From Oscillospiraceae bacterium (GTDB taxonomy: Bacteria > Bacillota > Clostridia > Oscillospirales > Acutalibacteraceae), in NCBI GenBank assembly GCA_015066215.1, contig SVOU01000001.1:1-45532 (forward strand): DNA of 45,532 nt, written 5' to 3'. Below are positions 37,500-45,532 of this stretch, piece by piece. Below the pieces are notes generated by a model that was not told the DNA's origin, searched no databases, and worked only from the letters and a program-made list of their open reading frames with translations. The translations under genes were made by a program, and so were the position numbers. Each line of letters starts with the position of its first letter. Positions within the stretch are counted from its first letter, which is position 1.

Positions 37500-38531
37500 T
37501 TACACGATAAGGGTGTTGAGCATCGCGGCGTAGAGATAGTGGCCGTAGCTGGTGGGGTGGTTGACGTCGTTATAGAGCAGGTCGGAGATGGTTTTGCCAT
37601 AGGTCATCTCCTGATCCCACAACGCCTGCACGTCTGCGAGCGGCACGTTTTCCTCTTTCGCGAGCTCACGCATCATCGCCGCATACTCGCGCCACGCTTC
37701 GCCGGTATACTTCCAGCGGGGGTTGGGCGGGCAGGGGGTGACGAAGATGACCTCGGCACCCACGGCACGGCAGGCATCCAGCATCGTGCGCATATTTTCC
37801 TTATACATCGCCGGGGTGACGTCGCTGTTGCTGCACATATCGTTCATACCGTAGGAGATGGTGACGAAGTCGGGGGTCTCCTGCGCGAGCGAATCGTTGA
37901 CGCGGTTGACGCCGTGCTTGGACAGCTCGCCGCCGACGGCACGGTTGATCAGGTTGATATGGCCGCCCGTCACACGCTCCAATTTATCCGCAAAGCGGGC
38001 AAAATAGGTTTCTTCGGGCATTGATGCCTCACAGCCGGTGGAGATGCTGTCGCCATAGACGACGTAGGTGAGCGTTTCGCCGTTTTGCAGGCGGGCGAGC
38101 GTTTTTTGCGGCACGGGGGTGTTGGACATCATGGTAATACGGCGCGCATCGTCCTCCACCAGTTGGTTTTGGGCGGCGTCATAGCAATAGTCGATGACGG
38201 TGATGAAGGGGAAGTTGCCCCAGTCGCCGCCCCAGCCCTCGTGGGTGAACTCCTCGACGCCGTAAAAATGGCTCTCGCGGTAGTCGGGAATGGCGGAGTC
38301 GGGGGTGCGGCGGATCTTGCCGTTTTCGGCATCCAGCTCAAAGTCCTTGCCGAGCTCAAAGGTGGCACTTTGGCGACCGCGGAACATCACCTCTGCAAAG
38401 ACGGGGTTGGTCAGGTCTGCAAAGCCGACGTAGCGCAGGGTGACACTTTGGGGGTCGATCGCCCCGTAGCGCAGAGTGCTCCATTCAGTGCCAGTGAACA
38501 CGATGGATTCTTTTTCTTGCCACTTTTTCAT
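37500..38531 (-). CDS. SGNH/GDSL hydrolase family protein (esterase) with an N-terminal extra domain
   Basis: 343 aa from ATG 38531 (AAAGGAAGGA SD 6 nt upstream). Block I YVVYGDSISTG, block III-like GMNDM, block V NDVNHPTSYGH (DxxH). Confidence 0.8.
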   Translation of the reverse strand: MKKWQEKESIVFTGTEWSTLRYGAIDPQSVTLRYVGFADLTNPVFAEVMFRGRQSATFELGKDFELDAENGKIRRTPDSAIPDYRESHFYGVEEFTHEGWGGDWGNFPFITVIDYCYDAAQNQLVEDDARRITMMSNTPVPQKTLARLQNGETLTYVVYGDSISTGCEASMPEETYFARFADKLERVTGGHINLINRAVGGELSKHGVNRVNDSLAQETPDFVTISYGMNDMCSNSDVTPAMYKENMRTMLDACRAVGAEVIFVTPCPPNPRWKYTGEAWREYAAMMRELAKEENVPLADVQALWDQEMTYGKTISDLLYNDVNHPTSYGHYLYAAMLNTLIV

Positions 38532-38551
38532 TTTGTTTCCTTCCTTTCGGC

Positions 38552-39568
38552 TCAATCAGAGGTCGCCAGCGCGATAAAGCGGCGGTTTTCGCTGCTGACC
38601 GCGCAATAGAAGTGGTAGTTCTTGCCGTTATGGCGGATAAACCACGTTTTGTGGGCGTGTTTATCCTCCCACGGGAACTCGCTTTCCACCAAGGGTTTCC
38701 CCTCCCACAGCGTCCAGTTGACGAGGTCGCGGGAGGCGGCGAAGGTGTTGTAGGCGGGTTTGTTTTGGACATAGTGGAAATAGAGCATCACGTACATGTC
38801 GTCGACACGCAGAATCTGCGGGTCGCCCGTGATGATGCCCGTAGGGTCGTTGGTCATACGGTCGATAATCGCGCGGTCGCCGTAGCGTTCCCAATGCTCG
38901 CCGTCTTGCGACACGGCGAGATAGATGCGCTCGCGGTCGTCCCAATCCTTGGCGTTATAGGCGTTGACATACGGGTAGCCCGTCACGCCGAGGGTGTCGG
39001 CAAACATGCAGCTCTTGTAGAGCGTTTTGGTCTCGCCGAAGCGGCCGTCGGCATCCTCGGGGGCGAGGATGGGGTCGGGCAGGCGGTCAAAGCCGTTGGG
39101 GTCGGTCGGGTCGGTCGAACGCGCCAGCCCCATATACAGCGGGTCGGGCTCATACCCGTCGCTGTTGCCCGCGAGATAGGCGATGTAATAGTTGCCGTTT
39201 ACGGGATAGATCTCGCCCATATTCTCGAAATCGGTTTCGGTAAAGGCGGCATAGCCCGCGACCTGTTTGCTGTCCCAGCGATTAAGGTCGTTGCGGCGGA
39301 AGATGGGGCCGATATAGTCCCAGTTGACGAGATCGGTCGATTTGGCAAGGTGGGTCTCATAGCCCGACACGTTGACGTCTTTGGCAATAGCGACGAAATA
39401 CATATACCACACGCCGTCCTTGCAAAAGACGGAGGGGCTGTCGGTGAAATGTTCGGGCCATTCCATCACGGGGCCCAGTTTGTTCGGTGTTTTCAGACGC
39501 TCGTAAAGCGCCTCCATCTCCACTTGGGAGATGGAGGCGTGCGAGCATCCCTTGTTAAAAGGGATCAT
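38552..39568 (-). CDS. Beta-propeller-fold glycoside-hydrolase-like protein (GH43/GH130/DUF377-like clan, family not resolved)
   Basis: 338 aa, cytoplasmic (no signal peptide). Repeated W-Y-M-Y/F-type blade motifs (DGVWYMYFVA, NGNYYIAYLAG, RIYLAVSQDGEHW, DMYVMLYFHY, GKNYHFYCAV). Assigned by pattern only. Confidence 0.5.
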   Translation of the reverse strand: MIPFNKGCSHASISQVEMEALYERLKTPNKLGPVMEWPEHFTDSPSVFCKDGVWYMYFVAIAKDVNVSGYETHLAKSTDLVNWDYIGPIFRRNDLNRWDSKQVAGYAAFTETDFENMGEIYPVNGNYYIAYLAGNSDGYEPDPLYMGLARSTDPTDPNGFDRLPDPILAPEDADGRFGETKTLYKSCMFADTLGVTGYPYVNAYNAKDWDDRERIYLAVSQDGEHWERYGDRAIIDRMTNDPTGIITGDPQILRVDDMYVMLYFHYVQNKPAYNTFAASRDLVNWTLWEGKPLVESEFPWEDKHAHKTWFIRHNGKNYHFYCAVSSENRRFIALATSD

Positions 39569-39589
39569 ATTCTTGCTCCTTTACTTAAA

Positions 39590-40516
39590 TTAGCCGACCA
39601 CGCCGGAACGCTCGACGCTTTCCACGAAGTAGCGTTGCAGCACCACGAAGAGCAGCACCAGCGGTGCCACGCAAAGCAGGGCGGCGATGGACGTGAAGTT
39701 GCTGGTGATGATCGGGTCATACTGCGAGAAGCCGGCGTATTCCGGATATTGCATAAAATACTGCGCGAAGCTCGCAGAGCCGATGCCGTTGGAGAGGTTC
39801 ATAAACTTGTTGTCGTAGAGTGCGACATAGAACACGTCGTTCCACTGCCACACGAAGCTGAACAGCGTCACGGTGACGATAATGGTCACGGCGCCCGGCA
39901 GCATCACGGACAGGAAGGTGCGAATGTGTCCCGCGCCGTCCACCATCGCCGCCTCTTCCGTTTCTTTGGGCATACCCTTGAAGTACTGGCGGAACAGATA
40001 GATGAACAGACCTGCGCGAATACCCATACCGGTGGCAGACATCAGCATCATAGGCCACTGGGAGCCGACGAGCCCGAGGTTACTCCAATACATATAGGAG
40101 GAGAGCATCGTCAGCTGCGGCGGGATGATGAGGGTCGCCAGCACGAACACGAACAGGATATTGCGACCGGGGAAGTTATAGCGCGCAAACGCATAACCCG
40201 CAGTCAGGCAGGAGAACAGCTGCAACAGCGTCGCCAGCACGGACGTCCACAGGCTGTTGAGGAAGGCGGAGCCGTAGCTCATACCCTTGGCAGCGATCTC
40301 GATATTGATGAGGGTGAAGTTTTTCGGGATCCACAAAACGGAACTGTCATACAGGTCCTTGGGATCCATAAAGGTACGGGCGATCATGGTCAGCAAGGGA
40401 TAGAGAATCACGAAGCTGAAACCCAGAATGAAGATGGTACGAATGATCGACCAGCCCCACTGTTTTGTCTTGCGCTGCGCTGTATACAGCAGACGGCGAC
40501 GTTTGATATCGGTCAT
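39590..40516 (-). CDS. Carbohydrate ABC transporter permease (MalG-like)
   Basis: 308 aa, 6 TM, EAA loop ETEEAAMVDGAGHIRTFLSVMLPG. Confidence 0.88.
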   Translation of the reverse strand: MTDIKRRRLLYTAQRKTKQWGWSIIRTIFILGFSFVILYPLLTMIARTFMDPKDLYDSSVLWIPKNFTLINIEIAAKGMSYGSAFLNSLWTSVLATLLQLFSCLTAGYAFARYNFPGRNILFVFVLATLIIPPQLTMLSSYMYWSNLGLVGSQWPMMLMSATGMGIRAGLFIYLFRQYFKGMPKETEEAAMVDGAGHIRTFLSVMLPGAVTIIVTVTLFSFVWQWNDVFYVALYDNKFMNLSNGIGSASFAQYFMQYPEYAGFSQYDPIITSNFTSIAALLCVAPLVLLFVVLQRYFVESVERSGVVG

Positions 40517-40535
40517 GGCTTTGTGTCCTCCTTTC

Positions 40536-41459
40536 TTATGCTTGATAGACCACGCGTTTGGAGATGAGCCACATACTCAAACCAACCAGCACCGCCAACA
40601 GCACACAATAGATCCACGCCATCGCACTCGACAGACCGAACTGGAAGTTCATACCGAATGCCGTGTCATAGATGTAGTCCATCGTTTCGTTGGTGGACAT
40701 GGTGAAGTTGTCGATGAGGGTGTAGACCACGTTAACGATGATACTCGGTGAGACCATCGGGAAGGTGATCTTCCAGAACGCCACCCAGCCGGATGCGCCT
40801 TCGATGTAGGCGGCTTCATACAAGGACGGGCTGATGCTGTTGAGGCCCGCGAGGAAGATGAAGATCTGCACGCCCGACAGAGAGATCACGTTGTAGATCT
40901 GGTCAACGGGACCGGTGATGTAGCTGGTAACGGTTTCGGGAATGCCGATGTCCTGCAAAATCTTGACGAGGTTCATACTCTGCAAGCCCTGCATAGCGCC
41001 GATACCCTCTTGCATGGCGCCTTCCACCGCCACGTTGGAGGTGTCGGCGGTGGCAGCTTGGGTGGACAGGAACACGCCCGTACCCAAGATGACCGGCAGG
41101 AAGAAGATGGCCTTGGCAACGGCGTTGCCGTGGAACTTCTGGCGCAGCAGCACTGCCACGAAGAAGGAGAACACCATACACACAGGCACGTTGATGAGCA
41201 GGTCGAGCAGCGACTGCGTCACCAGCGGCAGAAACTCTTCGTCGCGTCTGATCGCTTCGACATAGTTGCCGAAGCCAACAGGGTCGCTGATATAGCCGCC
41301 CGCGGGGTTGGGCTGGATGTTATGGAAGCTCATCCAGACCGAGTGGGCGAAGGGATACGCAAAGAACAGCAGGAAACCGACGATCCACGGAATCAAAAAC
41401 ACGAAACCGAAGTAGTCGCGACGCCGCGTCAGGGCGCTTTTTTTCTTAAACATGGCCAT
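40536..41459 (-). CDS. Sugar ABC transporter permease (MalF-like)
   Basis: 307 aa from ATG 41459 (AAAGGAGGG SD 8 nt upstream). EAA loop LYEAAYIEGASGWVAFWKITFPMV. Confidence 0.88.
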   Translation of the reverse strand: MAMFKKKSALTRRRDYFGFVFLIPWIVGFLLFFAYPFAHSVWMSFHNIQPNPAGGYISDPVGFGNYVEAIRRDEEFLPLVTQSLLDLLINVPVCMVFSFFVAVLLRQKFHGNAVAKAIFFLPVILGTGVFLSTQAATADTSNVAVEGAMQEGIGAMQGLQSMNLVKILQDIGIPETVTSYITGPVDQIYNVISLSGVQIFIFLAGLNSISPSLYEAAYIEGASGWVAFWKITFPMVSPSIIVNVVYTLIDNFTMSTNETMDYIYDTAFGMNFQFGLSSAMAWIYCVLLAVLVGLSMWLISKRVVYQA

Positions 41460-41460
41460 A

Positions 41461-43980
41461 TCACACGCCCTCCTTTCGCATCGCACTTGCTGCTTTGATC
41501 ACGGTGCCGTCTTCCAGCGTGAAGTCTGCATCGGAATAGTTGACGAAAATGCTCATACCGTTGTCATAATCGGTGCGGTAGACCTCGGTAGCCAGCGAGG
41601 TGTGGTTGACCATCACCGCGTTTTGCACGGGCTCGAGCAGGTCTTCGAGGAAGGTGTAGCTCTCGGCCGCGCTGTCCAGCCAACGCTCGTAGTAAGCGGC
41701 ATAGTAATCGGCGTCATCGTCGAAGCTCAGGCGGTCATCCTCGCGGAAGATGAACTGGAACTTCGGGCAGCCGCCGTACTCGGCGCATTTGAGCAGCGCG
41801 CGGTTGAAGTCCGCGTCGTAGTTGATGGCGGTGAAGGAATAGTTTGCGTAGCCGTGGTAGACCATCTGATAGAAGGGCACCGAGGCAAACGCCAGACTGA
41901 GGCTGGAGGAGGATTTCGGCACGTCGGTGAACAGTTGGCTGTGGCGTGCCGCCAGCTCGTTGGGAGAGGTCAGCATCACGCCGCCGGTCAGCTGCGACGC
42001 CATATCTTTGATGACGGCTGCCGCTTGCAGGCGGGAGGCTTCACGGGTGACCTCGTTGTCCTCGTTGAAGTCGCTGTAAGCGGTCTTGCCGAGGTCGGTC
42101 ACGTTGAGACCGGTGATGTTCTGTGCTTTGACGTCCACCATCAGGTCGGAAACGACCGATTTCAGATAGGCGGGCGAGAGCAGATAGCGCATACCTTTGC
42201 CGATCGAGGAGCTGGTGACCACGTCATAGCCCGCGACCGAGCTCTTTTTGCTCGCGAGGTTGCGGCTGCTCAGGTTGTTGATGACCGACAGGCTTTCGTC
42301 GGGGGAGAAGGTGTTGAGCTTCACCTGCGGATAGACGCCGACGTTGTTGTCCTTGGCGTAGTTGAGCAGGTTTTGGAAGCCTTCTTTGCCACCGAGCACG
42401 CGGATGAGGTCGATCTCATTCGCCAGCGTCGGGTTTTCGCCGCCGTTCATCCAGCCGGCGAGCGACAGCTCAATGCGGTCGACGCCTTTTTCTTTCAACA
42501 GCTTGATGAGGGAGACGTTATCCTCGTAGGTGGTCATCGGCACGAGGGTCTCGTGCACAAAGCCCAGCGTGGAGATCTCGGTGTCGATGGCACCGATGGT
42601 CTCGAGGAACATCGGCAGCTCGGCTTCGCCGGAGAGCTTCGCGCGCTCGCCGGAGAGGTCGAGATAGTTGCGATAGACACTCGCCATACCGGAATAATCT
42701 GCCTTTTCTTTGGACAGGAAGATATAGCGCATCGCCGCGTCGCCCTCATAGAGGGTTTCGGAGGTGATGTAGAATTTGGAGATGCTGTCGGTGGCCAGAC
42801 CGATGTTTTGGGTGGCGTTGAGCTCAAAGCCGATGGAGACGGTGCCGAAGTTGTCGACGAAGCCGGGTTTGACCACGTCCAGACGGGCAATCGCTTCGCT
42901 GTCTTCGATGACGGTGAGCACGCCACCGTTTTCACGGTGCAGACCAAAGAGCGGCAGCAGGCATTTTTCGCCCAGCGGGCTGTAGCCCGACTGGGGCAGG
43001 GCTTCTTCGCGGCCAAACAACGGCAGAGACACCTGACCGGTGCTACCGCTGCGCACATCCGCGTTGACCAACGCGCCCGAGCCGTCGGGGATCAGGAACC
43101 AGTCGGTCTTGTTGCCCTTTTTCATAGCACCGAAATATTCCAGCACGTCCATCGAGGTGATGAGCGCGTCTTCGGGATAGTCGATCTCGGTACCTGCCAC
43201 GTACACACGCATGGAGTCGCCCTCCAGAACGTAGTGCAGCGGAATGGTGAAGCTGTTGTCGGGCTCTTCTTCCAGCGTCACACCGCTCTCCTCGTTATCC
43301 TGACGGAGTTCTTCTTCGGTGTAGTCGATCGCCGCGAACAGCTCGGCAAGCTCTTTCGCCTGTTTGACGGGCAGGTTGGGCTTGCGGGTGAAGCGGTCGC
43401 CGTTTTGGACGAAGCGGCGTTTGAGCAAGCTATCGTTGGCGCCGACAGCCTTCGCACGCGCGACCAGCTCGTTATAGCGGGTCAGCGTGAAGCCGTAAGG
43501 CACGCTCGACAGGTCGGGACGGGGGGTGCCGAACACATAGGTCACGTGCAGACCGTCCTTCACCTCAAAGGTGACCTGATTCTTTTGGAGAGAGTCGGCA
43601 AAGGAAGTAAACTGACCGATAACACCGGCCGACGAGATGGTGTTTACGGTGATCTGCGATTTGGCAGCCGCCATCTCGCCGTCGGCGGGGTTGGAGTGCC
43701 ACCACTCGCCCGTGCGTTTGTCAAACACCGACACAGCAGCGGTCTCTTCCGCATAATACAGCGCAAGATAGTCGTTTTCCTGTGCCAGCTTTTTGCCTTC
43801 GATATCCGCCGCAGCGGGTGTGAGGGTACCCTTGTCGCCCATCGGCTTGTAATCGATCGGGGCTTTTTTCAGATCGCTCAGATCGGTCGGAGCGCCGGCG
43901 GGCGCGCAGCCCGCGAGCAGGGTGAGCATCAGAAGGACGGCGGCAAGCAATGCGCCGAAACGTTTTTTCGTGTTTGTCAT
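41461..43980 (-). CDS. Large lipoprotein of unknown function (839 aa) in a carbohydrate locus
   Basis: Signal peptide plus lipobox MTNTKKRFGALLAAVLLMLTLLAGC. The central region looks TIM-barrel/GH-like (VDRIELSLAGWMNGGENP...AKDNNVGVYPQV). It may belong to a DUF-type family of lipoproteins next to sugar ABC permeases; this is from memory and unverified. Confidence 0.7.
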   Translation of the reverse strand: MTNTKKRFGALLAAVLLMLTLLAGCAPAGAPTDLSDLKKAPIDYKPMGDKGTLTPAAADIEGKKLAQENDYLALYYAEETAAVSVFDKRTGEWWHSNPADGEMAAAKSQITVNTISSAGVIGQFTSFADSLQKNQVTFEVKDGLHVTYVFGTPRPDLSSVPYGFTLTRYNELVARAKAVGANDSLLKRRFVQNGDRFTRKPNLPVKQAKELAELFAAIDYTEEELRQDNEESGVTLEEEPDNSFTIPLHYVLEGDSMRVYVAGTEIDYPEDALITSMDVLEYFGAMKKGNKTDWFLIPDGSGALVNADVRSGSTGQVSLPLFGREEALPQSGYSPLGEKCLLPLFGLHRENGGVLTVIEDSEAIARLDVVKPGFVDNFGTVSIGFELNATQNIGLATDSISKFYITSETLYEGDAAMRYIFLSKEKADYSGMASVYRNYLDLSGERAKLSGEAELPMFLETIGAIDTEISTLGFVHETLVPMTTYEDNVSLIKLLKEKGVDRIELSLAGWMNGGENPTLANEIDLIRVLGGKEGFQNLLNYAKDNNVGVYPQVKLNTFSPDESLSVINNLSSRNLASKKSSVAGYDVVTSSSIGKGMRYLLSPAYLKSVVSDLMVDVKAQNITGLNVTDLGKTAYSDFNEDNEVTREASRLQAAAVIKDMASQLTGGVMLTSPNELAARHSQLFTDVPKSSSSLSLAFASVPFYQMVYHGYANYSFTAINYDADFNRALLKCAEYGGCPKFQFIFREDDRLSFDDDADYYAAYYERWLDSAAESYTFLEDLLEPVQNAVMVNHTSLATEVYRTDYDNGMSIFVNYSDADFTLEDGTVIKAASAMRKEGV

Positions 43981-43995
43981 TTCTACCGTCCTCCT

Positions 43996-45532
43996 TTATC
44001 GATATTGCAATTCTTGAATCACTGTATACACAAAACCGATAAGCTCGGAGAACAGTGAGAAGAACAGTACGCAGATGAAGCAGATGATGACCATCGCCAC
44101 GGCGGTGATGATCACGGTGCCGACGGTTTTGCCCGCGGTGTATTCGTGGGTGTTCATCAACGCGCAGAACAGGAGCATTGCGACCCACACGATCGCCAGG
44201 GTGTTAAACAGCGTCACGTACATCATCTCGTCCGCGGTCAGCATATTGCTGATGATGGTCACGGGGATCTTGACGAGAATGAGCGGCAACAGGCAATAGC
44301 CGACCGCGTTGTAGGTCTGGATCAGGTTGCCCTTGCCTTCCATCAGGGTGGTGATGGAGAGGTTGCCCACCAGGAACAGCGCCAACGGCACCAGCACGAA
44401 TTTGAGCTCGTGGATGATGTCGAGGTGACGGTCGGGCACGGAAGCGATCGCGAAGCCGCTCAGCGAGCGTTCCATTGCAAACGCCACGATGGTGAGCACC
44501 ACGAACAGGGTCGCCACCCAAGTGCGGCCGCGTTTCTCATATTTGAGATCCCAGAAGCCGTCAAACGGGTGAAGGATGACGTAAAACGCATATTTCAGGC
44601 AGCCCAGCTTGCTGTCGGGCTGAATGGGATGGCGTTTGGTGATCGCCTTGATGACGCGCTTGATGATGACAAGCAGCAGGATCGCGCCGATGGCACCGAG
44701 GACCACCCAGGTGAAGTTCTTATTGAACCACGCGTCGCGCTGACGGCTGAAGGACTTGGTGTAGTTCGCCTGGTCGTTGGACTTGACGAAATACTCACTC
44801 GCGAGGTCATATTCTTCGAGCTGGTAGTACGCCTGACCCATCTTGGAATATGCCAGAACGAAGTGGCGGTTATATTGCAGCACGTTGTTCCAGCACACGA
44901 TGCTCTCTTCATATTTGTCATCGTTGTAAAGCTGGATGCCCAGCGCGATCTGCTCCGCATAGGCGGTACGGCTGAAGATGGTGATGGTGCCGGTGATAGA
45001 GTCGGCGACCACGACCTGACCGTCCAGCAGCGCAATAGCGGAAGCGCGGGGGAAGGTGCCGGTCTGACCGGTGGAGCGACCACCGAACACGAAGAGCATA
45101 TTACCGAACTCGTCATAGGCGAATACGCGACCGTATTCGGCGTCGAGACCGTAATAGATGCCCTCCTCGTCAACGGCGATGTCCACGAAGTCGGATTTGT
45201 TGCTGTTGACAGCGGACCCCGAAGCGAAAGAGCCGTTCACAACGCCGCTCACGGGAATCGAGCCCAGCGAGCCGCGGTTGAGGATATCGCCGCCCGTCGC
45301 GTTGAGGCGGCGGATGGAGTCGACCTCATCGGAAGCGAGGGACACGGTGTAGATAAAGCCGTCGGAGTCGGTGGTGAGGTTGGTGTATTCAACAGGGATA
45401 AACTTTTCCAGTTTTTCACGCTGTTCTTTGGACATCAGGTTTTTCCAGATGAGCGTCCACGGGTCGGCTTTGACGGGGATACTTCCCACGTAGCCGCTGA
45501 ACGTGCCGTCCTCATAGAGCTCCATAATGCCT
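43996..45532 (-). CDS. Beta-propeller(NHL-like)-TPR-Yip1 membrane protein, 5' end outside the window
   Basis: The frame stays open to the window edge. Propeller-like repeats (DGFIYTVS, EGIYYGLDAEYGRVFAYDEFGNMLFVFGG, LLDGQVVVADSITGTITIF), then a TPR-like segment (YNDDKYEESIVCWNNVLQYN...MGQAYYQLEEYDLASEYF). One TM is followed by a C-terminal 5-TM Yip1-like domain (ILHPFDGFWDLKYEKRG...). Confidence 0.7.
   Translation of the reverse strand, partial: GIMELYEDGTFSGYVGSIPVKADPWTLIWKNLMSKEQREKLEKFIPVEYTNLTTDSDGFIYTVSLASDEVDSIRRLNATGGDILNRGSLGSIPVSGVVNGSFASGSAVNSNKSDFVDIAVDEEGIYYGLDAEYGRVFAYDEFGNMLFVFGGRSTGQTGTFPRASAIALLDGQVVVADSITGTITIFSRTAYAEQIALGIQLYNDDKYEESIVCWNNVLQYNRHFVLAYSKMGQAYYQLEEYDLASEYFVKSNDQANYTKSFSRQRDAWFNKNFTWVVLGAIGAILLLVIIKRVIKAITKRHPIQPDSKLGCLKYAFYVILHPFDGFWDLKYEKRGRTWVATLFVVLTIVAFAMERSLSGFAIASVPDRHLDIIHELKFVLVPLALFLVGNLSITTLMEGKGNLIQTYNAVGYCLLPLILVKIPVTIISNMLTADEMMYVTLFNTLAIVWVAMLLFCALMNTHEYTAGKTVGTVIITAVAMVIICFICVLFFSLFSELIGFVYTVIQELQYR

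Noticed and set aside
9468-44058. Other long antisense ORFs: 9468-10619, 13380-14903, 16649-18538, 22250-23257, 24493-25446, 35971-36876, 38612-40567, 41452-44058
   Set aside because: Each lies entirely opposite a gene with clear family motifs. They have Arg/Gly/Ala/His-rich composition typical of antisense frames in GC-rich genes, and no ribosome-binding sites.

Overview
45.5-kb chromosomal window from a roughly 60% G+C Gram-positive genome. I infer it is Clostridia-like from gene content and strong GGAGG ribosome-binding sites. Contents left to right: (1) the transcription/translation core rpsG (truncated), rpsL, rpoC and rpoB on the minus strand, with no rplJ-rplL upstream. (2) An ECF-type sigma factor plus a membrane partner carrying a tandemly duplicated unknown ectodomain. 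(3) An MBOAT + DHHW O-acyltransferase pair, a divergent LysR regulator and a YfhO-family membrane glycosyltransferase-like protein. (4) A single half-transporter ABC exporter whose promoter carries an 18-bp perfect palindrome. (5) A murD / M42 peptidase / M42 peptidase / GNAT operon. (6) A lower-GC DUF559 endonuclease-like gene, uvrC and tRNA-Pro(CGG). (7) A small islet between tRNA-Pro and ferritin with two independent sets of direct repeats and a very low-GC NERD-nuclease membrane protein. (8) Ferritin, thioredoxin and ktrBA. (9) A signal-peptide-less DUF11-repeat protein and a PlsC-like acyltransferase with a zinc-ribbon extension. (10) A tightly packed 7-gene carbohydrate locus, truncated at the window end: beta-helix protein, SGNH esterase, beta-propeller GH-like protein, two ABC permeases, an 839-aa lipoprotein and a beta-propeller-TPR-Yip1 membrane protein. 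Two observations are most worth follow-up. The first is the tRNA-Pro/ferritin islet, which looks like an att-like tRNA 3' duplication plus a foreign NERD cassette flanked by a duplicated ferritin 3' end and terminator. The second is a family of strictly intergenic double-hairpin repeats: nine copies, all on the + strand, with stems that covary between copies. No CRISPR array, rRNA, transposase or integrase gene was seen. All functional calls rest on motif recognition by eye; no database search was run.
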